This document shows, piece by piece, positions 1-13,401 of a DNA stretch of 64,000 bases. Source of the stretch: Mobula hypostoma (lineage: Eukaryota); NCBI RefSeq assembly GCF_963921235.1, contig NC_086097.1, forward strand, positions 78,308,001 through 78,372,000, in the 5' to 3' direction. The notes under the pieces were generated by a model. It was not told the DNA's origin and searched no databases. It worked only from the letters and a program-made list of their open reading frames with translations. The first letter of the stretch is position 1; the number at the start of each line of letters is the position of its first letter. The position numbers and the translations under genes are program-made.

Positions 1-299
1 ATCAAATGATTACACCAATTAACAAGTATTTTTTGCATTAAAATAGGGAAATAGTTCTCAAAATGATTTGTTAAACTTTGGATAAACATTTGGGTGTCAT
101 TTCAAGTAGGGATGGCATGTGCAGTTGAAACTCAAATATTGTTCTTGTGCTGTGCTCTTGACCTTATTGAAGGCTAGGTAATAGGTACCAATATATCACT
201 CTGGATGCAAAGTAAACCCGATCAAGAAGGTTCTGTTTCTTTTCATTTCTAGCTACACATTAGTTACATATGAACATGTGAAATGTTACTTCAGAATTT

Positions 300-745
300 A
301 GTCATAGATAAGTACAGCACAGAAACAGGCTCTTTGGCCTATCTAGTCCATGCCGAACCTTTAAACTGCCTACTCCTGTAGATCTGCACCAGGACCAGAC
401 TCTCCATACCTGCCACCCATGTACCTATTCAAACTTCTCTTAAACATTGAAATCATGCTCCCATGCACTACTTGTGCTGACAGCTCATTCCACATTCTCA
501 TGACCTTCTGAGTGAGGAAGTTTCCCCCTAATGTTCCCTTTAAACTTTTCACCTTTCACCCTTAACCCATGACTTCTGTTTGCAACCTCACACAACCTCA
601 GTGGAAAAAACCTACTTGCATTTACCCTATCTATATCTCTCATAATTTTGGATACCTCTATCAAATCTCCTCTCAATCTTCTACGTTCCAAGGAATAGTC
701 CTAACCTATTCAATATTTCCATATAATTCAGAGCCTCCAGACCCG
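300..745 (-). mobile_element. CR1 LINE 3' fragment (end of ORF2 plus 3' UTR)
   Basis: Minus-strand ORFs ERRRLRGDLIEVSKIMRDIDRV and NFLTQKVMRMWNEL match the CR1 ORF2 C-terminus; frameshifted. Confidence 0.9.
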
Positions 746-1009
746 GCAATGGATTCTCAGAAACATCTTGTTTCACTTTACTATTCTAATTCTCTTAAAG
801 TCTCTCTATCCAAACGTCAGTTCCCATTTCCAATTCCTCATCATGAATTGGCACTGAATTCAACCACATTAAAAGCCCTTTAGTTTTTTTTCCCAATTAA
901 TTTTGCAGTTAAACTTTATTCTGCAAGGTTGTTCTTCATGAACAAAAAGTCGCAGAGCAGATGTCTGGTTTCTTTTGCTGTAACACTGCAAAACGTCCAT
1001 GCTACTGCT

Positions 1010-1245
1010 CTCAATCATTCAGTACTTGAACCATCCAGGACAACCCTTATCAGGAGAATTCAGTAACTCCAAGACCACTTCAACCATTTTGCACTGAAAT
1101 TGCCTTTCTTATTCTAATTGTGTTTTCTTGTGAATGTACCTTATTATGATGCTATGTGCCTGTGATGCTGCTTAAGTAAATTTTCTGTTGCACCTGTGCA
1201 TAACATGTACTTGTATACATGACAATAAACTCAACTTCAACTTGT
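1010..1245 (+). mobile_element. Degraded Rex1/Babar-type LINE 3' tail
   Basis: Ends catgacaataaactcaacttcaactt, resembling the aataaa plus short-tandem tails of the Rex1 copies elsewhere in the window. Confidence 0.45.
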
Positions 1246-1799
1246 AAAAAACACTTAAAATCTATACGTTCAAAAGCAAGTCAAATAATGGTAAATGCCA
1301 TTAGATGCCCTGCTGCAGCAAATTATGATCAATAAGTACTACTTTCTAAAAGTTATCTAAAATCCAAGAGTTTACAGAGAAAGCAAACCCTGCCCAAAAT
1401 GTTTTACCAAAGCAGTGTCCAAAACATTTTAGCTGAACTAAATATTTCATTGACCAGAAGCTGCCTCGGAAAAAGCAACAAACTTCAACATTCAGTGTTC
1501 TTACCAGCCAAACTTCCACCTTCAAAGTAATTGTTTCCTGGATCACAGACTGTAAATTAGGTGTCCAGGACAGAAAAATTACAAAAAGAGAAAGACTTGA
1601 ACCATATAAAGGCTAGTAACAGTTAAATACGATGAAAAAGTAATTATGGTTTTGTTGACATTTTGCTGGATGAATGTTCAAAATAAATTTAGTTCTACAA
1701 CATAGCACTATAATATTTACACAGAGGTTCCAGGAAAGGTTAGGAATTTATCAAAAACTGTTGTGAAAAAGGCTACAGAGTGAGAGTAAGGTTATAATA

Positions 1800-2360
1800 T
1801 ATATGAGCAGAATTGGGCACTTGGCCCAACAAGTCTGCTCCACCATTCCTTCATGGCTGATTTACCATCCCTTTCAACCCCACTTCCCTGCCATCTCCCT
1901 GTAACCTCTGACACCCTGATTAATCAAGAACCTATCAACCTCCGCTTTCAATAAACTCAATGACTTGCCCTCACGACCAACCATATCAATAAATTCCACC
2001 ATCTGACTGAAGAAATTCTTCCTCATCTCTGTTCTAAATGGGCATCCCTCTATTCTGAGGTTGTGCCCTCTGATCCTAGACTTATCCTATATAGGAAACA
2101 TCCTCCCCACATCCACTTTATCTAGGCCTTTCAATATTTGTTAAGTTTCAATAAGATTCTCCCTCATTCTTCTAAGCTCCAGTGAGTACAGGCCCAGAAC
2201 CATCAAATTCCCTTATACGTTAACACTTTTCATTCCTGGAAACATTCTTGGGAACCTTTTCTGGACTATTTCCAATACTAGCACATCTTTTCTTAGACAA
2301 GGAGCCCAAAACTGCTCACAATACTTCAAAGTGTACTCTGACCAGTGCCTTATAACATTG
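1800..2360 (-). mobile_element. CR1 LINE 3' fragment
   Basis: LKYCEQFWAPCLRKDVLVLEIVQKRFPRMFPGMK is a CR1 RT C-terminal region; 3' UTR similar to 27960-28455 and 63030-64000. Confidence 0.9.
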
Positions 2361-2409
2361 ACCACAGTGACTCCATCTTTTCCAGTATCGTCTGCCCAGT
2401 ACATACAAG

Positions 2410-2785
2410 TTAAGATTCAAGATTCAAAAAAACTTTATTGTCATTCTAACCATACATCAGCTCTGCAGGGCAGAATGAGACAGCATTTCTCACGGGCAGT
2501 GCAATCATAACATAACAAACGCAACACTAAATAATAAACATAACAATAAATAGTAAAACACAACAGCCACATGTCAGTTAAATCAGTTATAAGTGTCCAG
2601 TGCAAGTTAAAAGTGTCCAAAGCAGGGTCAGGTGGAGCAGCTATTTAGCAGTCTGACTGCCTGTGGGAGGAAGCTGTTTAGTAGCCTTGTGGTTTTAGTT
2701 TTGATGCTCCTGTAACGTTTGCCTGATGGCAGAAGAACAAACAGTTCATGGAGAGGGTGTGAGGGGTCTTTAATGATGTAACGAG
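2410..2785 (-). mobile_element. Rex1/Babar LINE 3' end
   Basis: IIKDPSHPLHELFVLLPSGKRYRSIKTKTTRLLNSFLPQAVRLLN is a typical Rex1 ORF C-terminus; (ttgaatc)-like tail near 2412-2427. Confidence 0.9.
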
Positions 2786-3195
2786 TACAAACTACATTTC
2801 CTTTCTGTACTATGGCGTCATTCACATTGAACAGCAATACCTCTTGAGCCTTCCAGTCAAAAACATCACATCCAAAATTTGAAAAAAAAAATCCTAGTGG
2901 CCTTGCCCACCAAAAGATGGATGACTGAGAACAAACTTAAAAATGTCAAGCTCCTGAATCCAAAACTAATAACTTACATTGGAAAAAATGAGGTATCAAT
3001 CTCAGTGTGGACAATATGCTTTTCAATTGATGAATTTAAATATCTTGGCTCTGAAAGTCAACAGATTCAGTTAAACAGAAAATTAGGAGGGTAGTCAGGA
3101 AATATTCTTACTAAGGCTACATAGAAATCTGGAATTCTCTGCACCATTACGTTGTGGTGCCAGAAAAGTTCTGAATGTATGGTACTGACTGGTTC

Positions 3196-3259
3196 TCACA
3201 GATACAATTACTATCTTAACTATATTTTCACAGATACAATTGCTATCTTTACTATATTT
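3196..3259. repeat. 32-bp tandem duplication
   Basis: tcacagatacaattactatcttaactatattt followed by tcacagatacaattgctatctttactatattt (2 mismatches). Confidence 0.85.
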
Positions 3260-3748
3260 TCTGGGTTTTTTAAATTCCATCATAAGGTCACAAACCCTCT
3301 TGTTTTTTTTAAATTTCTCTATTCCTCTAATATTTCTATGCTTTTTCAGTTCTTGTTGAACCCCAGTATTAGTATTGTACCAGTAGCATCCAGACCTTCA
3401 ACTGTCTAGAACTCAATCTAAATTGCTTTGACTCTTTCTCCTTTTCTCTTCCTTTGAGATGCTTCTTAAAAGCTAAATTGACAAATCTTTTGATCATTAG
3501 ATCAAATTACATTTTTTGCCAAATCTTGATTAATAATACATTGTTGAAGCACCTTGGGCTGTTGTGCTCCATCGATATATTTTTGCTGCTCCTCAAACTC
3601 TTGATAACTTCATTGATTATCCAAACATTACCTTGCATGAATAATTTAGAATAAACTAAATACCAGAAAATATATCCAAAATAATTGTTAGATATAGTTT
3701 CTTATATTCTGAAAACTATTTTAAATAAAGTATTTGACTTATCTAATA

Positions 3749-4147
3749 GAGAAAGTATGATGATTTGGGTGGCGGGGTAGAGATACATCTCTACCAAAGG
3801 AGGTGTAAGGTGCTCCTTCCATCCGCTACCTGCAGGTTACCCTTGGGCAAGCTGCAGTACCTGCTTAGCACCCTGATCAGGATCACATTAAGCCATGTGA
3901 GCAGGTAGTGGATGGTGATATGATCATATCATAACTCCTGGTTATATTACCACTGATGCCAGGCAGACAATCCCTGAAGAGTATTGATAATGGCTAGGCT
4001 CATCTGTCTCTTAAAGACACTGCCCAGAAGAAGGCAATAGGAAACCACTTCTGTTGAAAAATTTGCCAAGAACAATCACGGTCATAGATAGAGAGAGGAA
4101 GACAATGATCACCTATGTAAAATGATGATGATTATGATCATGATGAT
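3749..4147 (+). mobile_element. Non-autonomous retroposon (SINE-like, RTE-type 3' tail)
   Basis: Flanked by a 10-bp direct repeat ttatctaata (3739-3748 and 4148-4157); RTE-like tail ggaaaccacttctgttgaaaaatttgccaagaac followed by (gat)n. Confidence 0.7.
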
Positions 4148-4181
4148 TTATCTAATAATTATGATGATAATAAAGATCATA

Positions 4182-4666
4182 CGAGGGGTGATTGATAAGA
4201 TTGTGGCCCAGGGTAGAAGGAGTCAATTTTAGAAAACCTAGCACATTTATTTTTCAACATAGTCCCCTCCTACACGTAACACTTAGTCCAGCAGTTGTGG
4301 TGCGTCCGGATCCCTTCTTTGTAGAAGTGGTCCACAGCAAGGGTGATTGATAAGTTTGTGGCCTAGGTAAAAGGAGATAAGTTATACAGCTCTCGTTACA
4401 TTCACATGCAGTTCAACTCCTTGCGTGAGAATGCAGGAAGTTTGAAGTTAATAACTCATCTCCTTCTACCTTAGGCCACAAACTTATCAATCACCCCTGC
4501 TGTGGACCACTTTCTGGAGGTCCAAGATGCCGACTTCTATAAAGAAGGGATCCATATGCTCCACGACTGCTGGACTAAGTGTGTAAATGTAGGAAAAATA
4601 AATATGCTAGGTTTTCTACATTTGACTCCTTCTACCTTAGGCCACGAAGTTATCAATCACCTTTCG
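4182..4666. mobile_element. Mariner-derived MITE, largely palindromic
   Basis: TA|cgaggggtgattgataag ... ttatcaatcacctttcg|TA. Internal TIR copies at ~4340 and ~4480. Remnant of the mariner transposase C-terminus FYKEGIHMLHDCWTKCVNVG at ~4535-4594. Confidence 0.85.
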
Positions 4667-4849
4667 TAGATTTACATAAACAATAATTCCGGTGTAAAGG
4701 CATTATCAAAGAACTATCTTTGATAGTATGAAATTTTCTGAACTCCATTCCCTCCTAAAAAAAAGAAACACCCTTTTAACTTTCAATTCATCACTGAGAT
4801 TAGTGCTAAATTCCTTAGATAGTTAATTTGAGTACATTTAGACATGACA

Positions 4850-5998
4850 ATCAAGTGGAAAATCCCCCTTGGTCAGTACTCGGTTGAACCACCTTTCACA
4901 GCTATTACAGCCAGTAGTCTTTTTGGATAAGTCTCTATTAGCTTTGCACAACATTTTGGAGTAAGATTTTCCCATTCTTCCTTGCAAAATTGCTCAAGCT
5001 GTGCCAGATTATTGGGGAGCAGTGAGTGGATAGCAATCTTGAGAGCATGCCAGAGTTGTTCTATTTTGTTAAGGTCAAAACTCTAACTGGGCCACTCAAG
5101 AACATTTTCTTCATTTGAAGCCACTCCATGATTGTTCTGGCAGTGTGCTTTAGGTCATTGTCCTGCTGAGAAATGAACTTCCCCTCCAGTTCAAGCTTTT
5201 CAGCAGAAGCCAGCAGGTTTTTATCCAGGACCTCTCTGTATTTAGAAGCATTCATCCTCCCATCCACCCTGACCAAATTTCCAGTCCCTGCTGCTGAAAA
5301 GCATCCCAATAGCATGATGCTACCTCCACCATACTTTACAGTAGGGATGGTGTTACCAGGCTGTTGCACTGTATTAGATTTACGGCACATGTACCACTTA
5401 GTGTTGAGGCCAAGAAGTTCCACTTTAGTCTCATCCAACCACAAGACCTTCTTCCACATCTTTACAATATCTTCTATGTGACACTTTGCAAAGTCGTTAT
5501 GGGCAAGGATATGCTTTTATTTTAGCCTGTGTCAAGATGCTGGAGCAGAGATCCAATCGCAGACCCAGTACTGTGCACACAGTGATATTAATTGAGTAAC
5601 AAATCCCGAGGTGCAAACACAGTCGGCGTCAAAGTTCAGGCAGAGATCAAAAGATCCAGAGAAATCCAAAAACCAGAATTAGGAAACAGGCAGAGTCGAT
5701 ATTCAGACAGAGTTCAGATACAAATGCTAGAAAGGCTCAGGAAAATTCATTGGCACAATCTGGCAACAAACAGGTGAAAACACAGGACTGAAATACACTG
5801 AGCAATAAACAGAGAGGCAGATGATAAGTGGAGGATGATAATTGTTGACAGGTTTTGGGATTTTTCTTTTGATTTGACATGATGCACAATGTTTTGCAGA
5901 TTAGCTCAAAATCCTACTTCAATATATTTTAAATTTAGAAAATCAGACAGTAAAATGTGAAAGTAGTTTTGGGGACTGAATACTTTTTCAAGGCACTG
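4850..5998 (-). mobile_element. Tc1-family DNA transposon, partial and degenerate
   Basis: ORF 5061-5459: WKKVLWLDETKVELLG...KYGGGSIMLLGCF...QQDNDLKHT. One terminus reads cagtgccttgaaaaagtattcagtcccc on the minus strand, next to TA at 5999-6000. Interrupted at ~5530-5850. Confidence 0.9.
5530..5850. mobile_element. Possible LTR fragment inside the Tc1 copy
   Basis: Non-Tc1 sequence bounded by tgtcaa...ttgaca; no matching TSD seen. Confidence 0.4.
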
Positions 5999-6048
5999 TA
6001 CATTTTATATTACTTAATATTGTTTGTTCTTTTTCTTTCAGGAAGTTA

Positions 6049-7210
6049 ATAGAACATAGAATAGTACAGCACAGTACAGGCCCTTCGGCCCACAATGTTG
6101 TGCCGACCCTCAAACCCTGCCTCCCATATAAGCCCCCACCTTAGATTCCTCCATATACTCTAGTAGTCTCTTAAACTTCACTAGTGTATCTGCCTCCACC
6201 ACTGACTCAGGCAGTGCATTCCATGCACCAACCACTCCCTGAGTAAAAAACCTTCTTCTAATATCCCCCTTGAACTTCCCACCCCTTACCTTAAAGTCAT
6301 GTCCTCTTGTATTGAGCAGTGGTGCCCTGGGGAAGAGGCGCTGGCTATCCACTCTATCTATTCCTCTTATTATCTTGTACACCTCTGTCATGTCTCCTCT
6401 CATCCTCCTTCTCTCCAAAGAGTAAAGCCCTAGCTCCCTTAATCTCTGATCACAATGCATACTTTCTAAACCAGGCAGCATCCTGGTAAATCTCCTCTGT
6501 ACCCTTTCCAATGCTTCCACATCCTTCCTATAGTGAGGTGACCAGAACCGGACACAATACTCCAAGTGTGGCCTAACCAGAGTTTTATAGAGCTGCATCA
6601 TTACATCACGACTCTTAAACTCTATCCCTCGACTTATGAAAGCTAACACCCCATAAGCTTTCTTAACTACCCTACCCACCCGTGAGGCAACTTTCAGGGA
6701 TCTGTGGACAAGTACCCCAAGATCCCTCTGCTCCTCCACATTACCAAGTATCCTGCCATTTACTTTGTACTCTGCCTTGAAGTTTGTCCTTCCAAAGTGT
6801 ACCACCTCACATTTCTCTGGGTTGAACTCCATCTGCCACTTCTCAGCCCACTTCTGCATCCTATCAATGTCTCTCTGCAATCTTTGACAATCCTCTACAC
6901 TATCTACAACACCACCAACCTTTGTGTCGTCTGCAAACTTGCCAACCCACCCTTCTACCCCCACATCCAGGTTGTTAATAAAAATCACGAAAAGTAGAGG
7001 TCCCAGAACAGATCCTTGTGGGACACCACTAGTCACAATCCTCCAATCTGAATGTACTCCCTCCACCACCACCCTCTGCCTTCTGCAGGCAAGCCAATTC
7101 TGAATCCACCTGGCCAAACTTCCCTGGATCCCATGCCTTCTAACTTTCTGAATAAGCCTACCATGTGGAACCTTGTCAAATGCCTTACTAAAATCCATAT
7201 AGATATCCAT
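6049..7210 (-). mobile_element. Young 5'-truncated CR1 LINE with uninterrupted 366-aa ORF2 segment (RT)
   Basis: DFSKAFDKVPH, GVPQGSVLGPLLF and KFADDTK motifs; no stops across 6110-7210; atagaacatagaatag tail. Confidence 0.95.
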
Positions 7211-7274
7211 ATAAGTTTGTTTGGAGGTCTGTCCTTGTTATTTGTTTCATTAAGAAATAATTCAGAAGAACTTG

Positions 7275-7442
7275 TTGGGTGCCTTCAAGTCATCATTTTT
7301 GTGGCAATATACAGAAGTAGATTGCCGGGCCTTTCTTCTGCACAGATACTGCTGGGGCCCACTTTGGGACCCGACCAAGTTCGAACTCAGGACCATCCAC
7401 CTAAAAGTCCATTGCTGATGCCAATACACCACCGGCTGACCC
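7275..7442 (-). mobile_element. tRNA-derived SINE
   Basis: Minus strand has A-box-like ggtggtgtattgg and B-box-like gagttcgaact, followed by an RTE-like tail ggcaatctacttctgtatattgcc. Confidence 0.6.
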
Positions 7443-10405
7443 ATAGAAGAACTTACAATTGCTTTATATGAAATGAGTTTGAATATCGATGGTGATGAAA
7501 GAGCAAGGCAGTGTAGTTTTAAGTTTAATTTATATGGTGGCATTGTGGTGAAATGTTAGAAAATGAGTAGATTAATGTTCAATTTTTATTTATAATTGAC
7601 TGAATATATGTCTACATAAAGTTTAAACTTGCAGGTTGGTTAATATCTGATAGAAGCTTGTACGGATAGTTATTATTGTTATAAGTTTCTTTTTTAAGAG
7701 GAAATAAAAGTCATATATATGCTTGTATATAATTTGAAGAATGATGTGGTATAATTTTTGATATGCTGTTTTATCAGTCACTGCAGTTAGTTGAAAGTTA
7801 CTCACTACTAATAAAGCCTATCATTTTATAAGCTTTACCCTTGTTGCTCACTATATTAAACAGTCTATGAACACTACAGTTAAGAATCGTAATGGAAACT
7901 CCGCTAGGGAGGTTTTTTCCTTTCCTAAGGTCAGCAACCTGGTTGCTTTTTTGGTTGAGGCTTACTTTTGAGCAGTGACTCACTGGAGAGTTTGTTTCAC
8001 GGTGAGCAAGGAGACAGAAGTAAAATAATTCCTTCCAATGCTGGATATTCCACCTTGACAACTGCAATTGATAAGACTGGACAAGGATGCCTTTCAATAT
8101 TAACTCCTTTCCTCATCCCACACAACATTGCAATGAACCCAGCACATGGTTACCAAGACAAACAAACTAATCACATGTTATATTCCCATTATTTGTGCTT
8201 CATTGGGTGGATCTATTCCTTGACTTCCTAGAGTTGCATTTGAAACCCTCCAGAAGTGGTGGAGTCTGTGGGGAGCCAGTGGAATGGGTCCGTGTTTAAT
8301 TTTCCTGGCCACAAGTGCATCGGGGAACCAATATGAGTACAGTTGAAAATATCAATACAAAAGTGCACTGTGTGCAGAGGTATAATATAATCCCATAGTA
8401 AACCACTGTGTGGTGCATACTTTGCTACTCTCATCATTGTGTTATGACCTTTTGGATGGAATGGTGTTTGCAGACCAAGAGCCAAGCATAACTGAGGTCA
8501 AAACTCAAGTTTCCTACATATAAAATTATATTTCTGCTTAATCCAACAGAATGCTTCATGGCTGAAAGAACTTACATAGCATCATTAACCTAGAAAAATG
8601 TTCAACATCATTTTGTGGTGGTATAATCAGACACCAAAAATTTAAAAAAAAACATGGAGGTTAGGAGGGGTGAGCAAAAGCTTAAATGAAGTAGTGAGCT
8701 TTGTCGAGACCCATAAAGTTGGAGTGAGAGTGGTTTCTGAAAGAGGTTCCAGAATGGGTGGCCCAAAGGTCTGAAAGTACAGGTATCAATATGGGGAAGA
8801 GTACAGTATGTCCAAAAGACTAGTCAGAAGGTGAAGTGGTAGCGGCAGTGGAAATGGGGTGAGAGTGATTATGATTACTGAGGTAATATCATGGTGAGAC
8901 CATGAAGTGTTTTAATATGAGGATGATAATTTTAGAGTTGTGGTGCTGGAAGAACCAATATAGTTCTGATGTGTAAGTGTTAGTTACTGTGCAATGGGAT
9001 ACAGATGGGGTTTTGTATAAGTTGATCTTTAGAGAGGATGGAGGATTGCTTTCCAGGTGAATGTGAATCAGGTAAATGTTAAGGTGCAAAATGAGTAAAG
9101 GTCAAAGCAGATGCTGCAAATGGCAATTTAAAGTATAAATAAAATAACAGCATTTCTCCTTTTTAAAAATGTTTTTGGAGGTTTGTAAATACAATTTTAT
9201 ATCTAATTTCTGTTATTCGAAACAGCTGGAAAGTCTTGGTCAATGACATGTTCATAAGAGTTACACCTTATTTATCATTACCATTTACTAAAATATCTGA
9301 AAAAAAATATATAGGGAAACTGAGACCACGCAGCAGAGGTAGACAGAAGCCCTTTGTGAGTAATGGAAACAGCACACCATCTCACAAACCTACCACCCAG
9401 CCACCCTGTCAGCCAACATCTGCAGAAGAGGCTGCAGTTCTCACATTGGTTTCATTAGCCCCTTCAGAATCCATGAAACTGGAATGAAAGTAAATCAAAA
9501 GGGATAAAAGAGGAAGAGACAGAGGAGGAGGAGAAGATAGCGGTAGAGGAGAAGGAGAATGAGGTAGAGGAGAATTACTTGCATGAGAAGAAAAGAGGAG
9601 AAAACACATATTTTATTTCTGACATCAGTCAGGTAAATCTCTGTAGTGGATTTCATGTGGAAGCCCAAATGCAGCAACAAACCTTTAAAAGATCTGCATA
9701 GGAGTAGCTAACATTAACAACACATCTGTTGATCTTTGCTGGGACACAACAGATCTTGTAATAACAATGGTAAACTTCAAACATTACACATCCAGACTTT
9801 GGAATCATCTGCGCAGATTTCTAATGCAGAATTCAACGTCTCTTTCAGGATTTTTGTTTTTAATTTGCAATACATATTAGGCAATGGAAAACAGCCATCA
9901 GTACCTTTCATACCCTCACATAATTTCTGCAAGTTATTCTGGACTAAAGTCAGGGACATAGGATGAAATGTGGTCTTATTAGAACCTCACTGGTTCCATC
10001 CTGCCATGTTACCATGGCTTCAAATAAATATGCATACACTAATAAAATAAGTAAAACCAAATATTATTTCTTTCACAGCCTCCTATGCATCCTTAAAGCA
10101 GACTTTATAAGTCTCATTTCACAAATAAGTATCTTTTTAACTTACAATTATAAATTTTAAAATGTCCAAGCCCTTTTCACAAATTGACATTTGGACATTC
10201 TTTTTATTTCTACTTCTGACTTAATAGTAAAAAAAGACACAAGTGAAGCAGCAGAAGATTGTTGGACATGGGACACTGCGCTGAGGGACTCTCACACTGC
10301 AGACAGTAGAATAATCAGGCAGTAATTAGATAGCATTCTGCTGCATTTTATGAACATGACCTACCTAGTAAACATGCCACATTGTTGGGTGGATGCCAGT
10401 ATTGC

Positions 10406-10449
10406 CACTAAATCAATTGTATTAAAACACTAAATCAATTATATTAAAA
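10406..10449. repeat. 22-bp tandem duplication
   Basis: cactaaatcaattgtattaaaa followed by cactaaatcaattatattaaaa. Confidence 0.8.
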
Positions 10450-12142
10450 CAATTTGTCCACTGGCATGGCTAGATTTAGAATATTATCCGATCACATAAC
10501 CATGATGTCACATGGAGAGATGCATATTGAATAAAGAGCAGCTTTTGTGATGGTGAAAGCAAGCTGGCTGAGCAGTTCTGAAGCTCAGTCTTGTCCTTAG
10601 CACTTGCATGCTGGTTGAAGAGGAAGAAGACAATATTCTTGGCTGTTTAATTGTTCACCACCGTTCATGATGAGAGGTGGCAAGGCTGCAGAGCTTTGAG
10701 CTAATCCGCTGAATGTGGGATCACTTAGCTCTGTCCATTACTTTCCATTTCTTTCCTCATGACTCTAATCAAACTATTACTGTAGGTCAGCTCAGCTGCA
10801 TGGATCCAGCAGGACAAGAATAATGCAAGACATTCTGTTTAAAGTACTTCAGTGGAGAGGAAAATATAAATGTGATTACACACTAACCACTCATTGAATA
10901 ATAGCTGCCAACTTTTTATAACAAGCTTTTTGAAAGTGCTGAGGAAAATATTCAGTATATAATTTTACATTCCAATTAATAAAAACAGATAACTGTGTCC
11001 TAATAATATCCAAAGCCCAAACACATTTTTACTGTGGCCGGAATACTGGTCAAAATAAGTAGTGTTATAAATTCCAGATGTATTGCTGAAGGTCAAAGTT
11101 ACACTGAATCATTTGCTTTTATACAATTTGATAGCTAACAGTCTGCAACCATTCCCTATTACTCAATTTTTGATGCTGTAATAGCTTTTATAATTCAACA
11201 TCACATGACCCTATCCCTTAATAAATATGATATATTTTCATGTTTTTTTCTAATATTGGGTTGAAATAGCCACCCCAACTTGTAAATGATTTTTGAAAAC
11301 AATTTCTCCCTTGCTTATGGCAGTTGTCCAGAGAGAGGGACCACACAGGGAATGATTTATTCTGGTTCAGACATACTGGATACAGGACTTTCAAGAATGA
11401 CTGGATTTATGCCTGGGGCTATCTCAAGATGTATCTGTGAGTAGCACTTACAGGAAACTCATTAATCTCCTCTAAAATTACAAAAGAAGTAACTAAAGAA
11501 AGGCCACAGAGTACATCCAATAGCAAGTCTTTGATGGAGGTCCTTTTCAGCTGGAACCTTCTTTATAACAAGAGATATTTTTAATTAAGTCAAAACTTAT
11601 AATGTGATCTGCCACAAAGGAGGGGGGGGCGACATATCAGACAGAATTCCTGTGTGTGATCCGAATCACTGATCTGTGAAAGTAAGCATAATAACTGGAT
11701 TGGGAAATTATGACTGTCATGTGAAAAATAGTCCCTTAGGTGAATATCAGAGGTTTTAGCATTTGAAGTATAAAACGCAGCTAGGGTACACATTAACAGA
11801 ATGGAAAGTGAGTAATGAGCATATATACTCCTGAAATACATGCTAAGGATATCTACTAAATCCATGGCATTAAACGGTTAAAAGATGCATGATTGCAGTA
11901 GTGGTTAAGATACAGAAAGAAGAAATATTGATTTTGCAGACAAGAGAGATGATACAGTGATGGTACTCATGGGAAACCAGAGTGTTTAATGGGCTGAGTT
12001 ATGCTGACCCTCAATCTCGAGATTTGTAAAGAAACACTAGCTTCCTGCAGTAACAGATTCGACATCCATGCCTAGGTATTGTCATGCTGAGGTCAGGAAT
12101 GGCCTGGATGCCTGATGTTCAATAGCAAGAGTGTTTTCTTCG

Positions 12143-12270
12143 GAAAAGCAAGAATGTGCAGATGCTGAATCTGGAGCTCCAAGCACAATGCTGGAGGCAC
12201 TCAGAGGGTCAGGTACTGTAGCATCTGTGGAGGGTAATGGATGTTGAACTCCAGGTCAAGATGCTTCATT
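12143..12270 (-). mobile_element. Old Penelope-derived terminal (pLTR-like) fragment
   Basis: tgcagatgctg...cacaatgctggaggcactcagagggtcagg...agcatctgtggag resembles the Penelope terminus at 31252-31390. Confidence 0.55.
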
Positions 12271-12879
12271 GTTCCTCGGCTGTCCAAGGCATGACTGCCA
12301 ATGGTGAGACAGTGAACCATGCGCCCTGAATAAGAGAGTTTAGATTGGAGGCAGCTACAGAGGCAAGAAGGATAGCTGGGCTGAGTTTCTGACGTGCTCA
12401 AACTTACAGGGTTGAAAGGTAAGAGACTGGCAAGGTCAGCTTTACAATTCTTGAGTCCGGAGTCATTCAGCAGAATTTGATCCAGGGTAATTTAAGGCAT
12501 AAGAGAAGTGGGATATTGTAGAGGTAGGCAAGGTCATTGTAAGAAAAGTAGGAACTCTTGATGAAGATGTAGGATCCCAAAGCCAGCTCAGGCTCTATCT
12601 AGAACCCCAATTAGAGAAAACTAGAGGAAATAAAGTAACTTTAAGTAGAAAGAGTCCTTGACATATGCAAGTTTATGTTGCACAAATGTGCAATTAAAAC
12701 CATTACTTCAAAATATGTCACATATTGTTCTCCTGAATACTGAATTAAAAACTTAACTTGAAACTTACTGGCTTTTTAAGTTTTTAAATCTTGTGTAAAA
12801 AAGTTCAAAATATCATTCTGGGGAAAAAAAACACTTATTGGATGAATTATCAAACCAACTGGTCAAATGGAGTGATAAA

Positions 12880-12985
12880 GTCATAGAGTCATAATAGAGT
12901 AATACAGCACAAAAACAGGCCCTTCAGCCCAACTTGTTGGTGCCAGCTGTGTTGCCAAACGAGCTTGTCTCATCTTCCTGCATTT
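12880..12985 (-). mobile_element. CR1 3' tail fragment
   Basis: tcatagagtcataatagagtaatacagcacaaaaacaggcccttcagccc is the same 3' UTR motif as in other CR1 copies. Confidence 0.6.
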
Positions 12986-13401
12986 GTTGTGAATCAATTT
13001 ATTACTCTTGATTTTGAGATCCCTGAATATATCAGTTCTGATACCTGACCAACTGAATTTCATTGGTTAAATTATTTGACAATGTTCTTAAATCTCCATT
13101 CATTACATTTACTGTACTTATACCATTGTTTCTTCTCTTGAAGTAATTTACTATAATTAATTGAAAAGAATTTAATATACGGCACTGACCTAAGTTAAAT
13201 GCAACTGACCAAAGATATGTTCATCTTGCAAGAGTCCATTTATGAAAAATGACAAGACAAATGGACACTCCATCTTTATCATTCTCCAAGAAAGAATCAG
13301 ATTCAACTAAATTTCTCTGTTAGGTATATTCAAAAAACTTGCAAGTATTTTGCATGAAATTGCACTTTTTGAATTTCAGGTTCATACTTCTGATAGACAT
13401 A

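Noticed and set aside
6022..6048. Strong-looking splice acceptor ttttctttcag
   Set aside because: It is followed at once by a CR1 tail; no exon or donor could be reconstructed.
9313..9637. Exon-like stretch (Pro/Ser/Thr-rich ORF, then a Glu-rich frame ending at CAG|gtaaat)
   Set aside because: The two parts are in different frames with stops between them, there is no polypyrimidine acceptor and no recognisable protein; probably decayed or low-complexity sequence.
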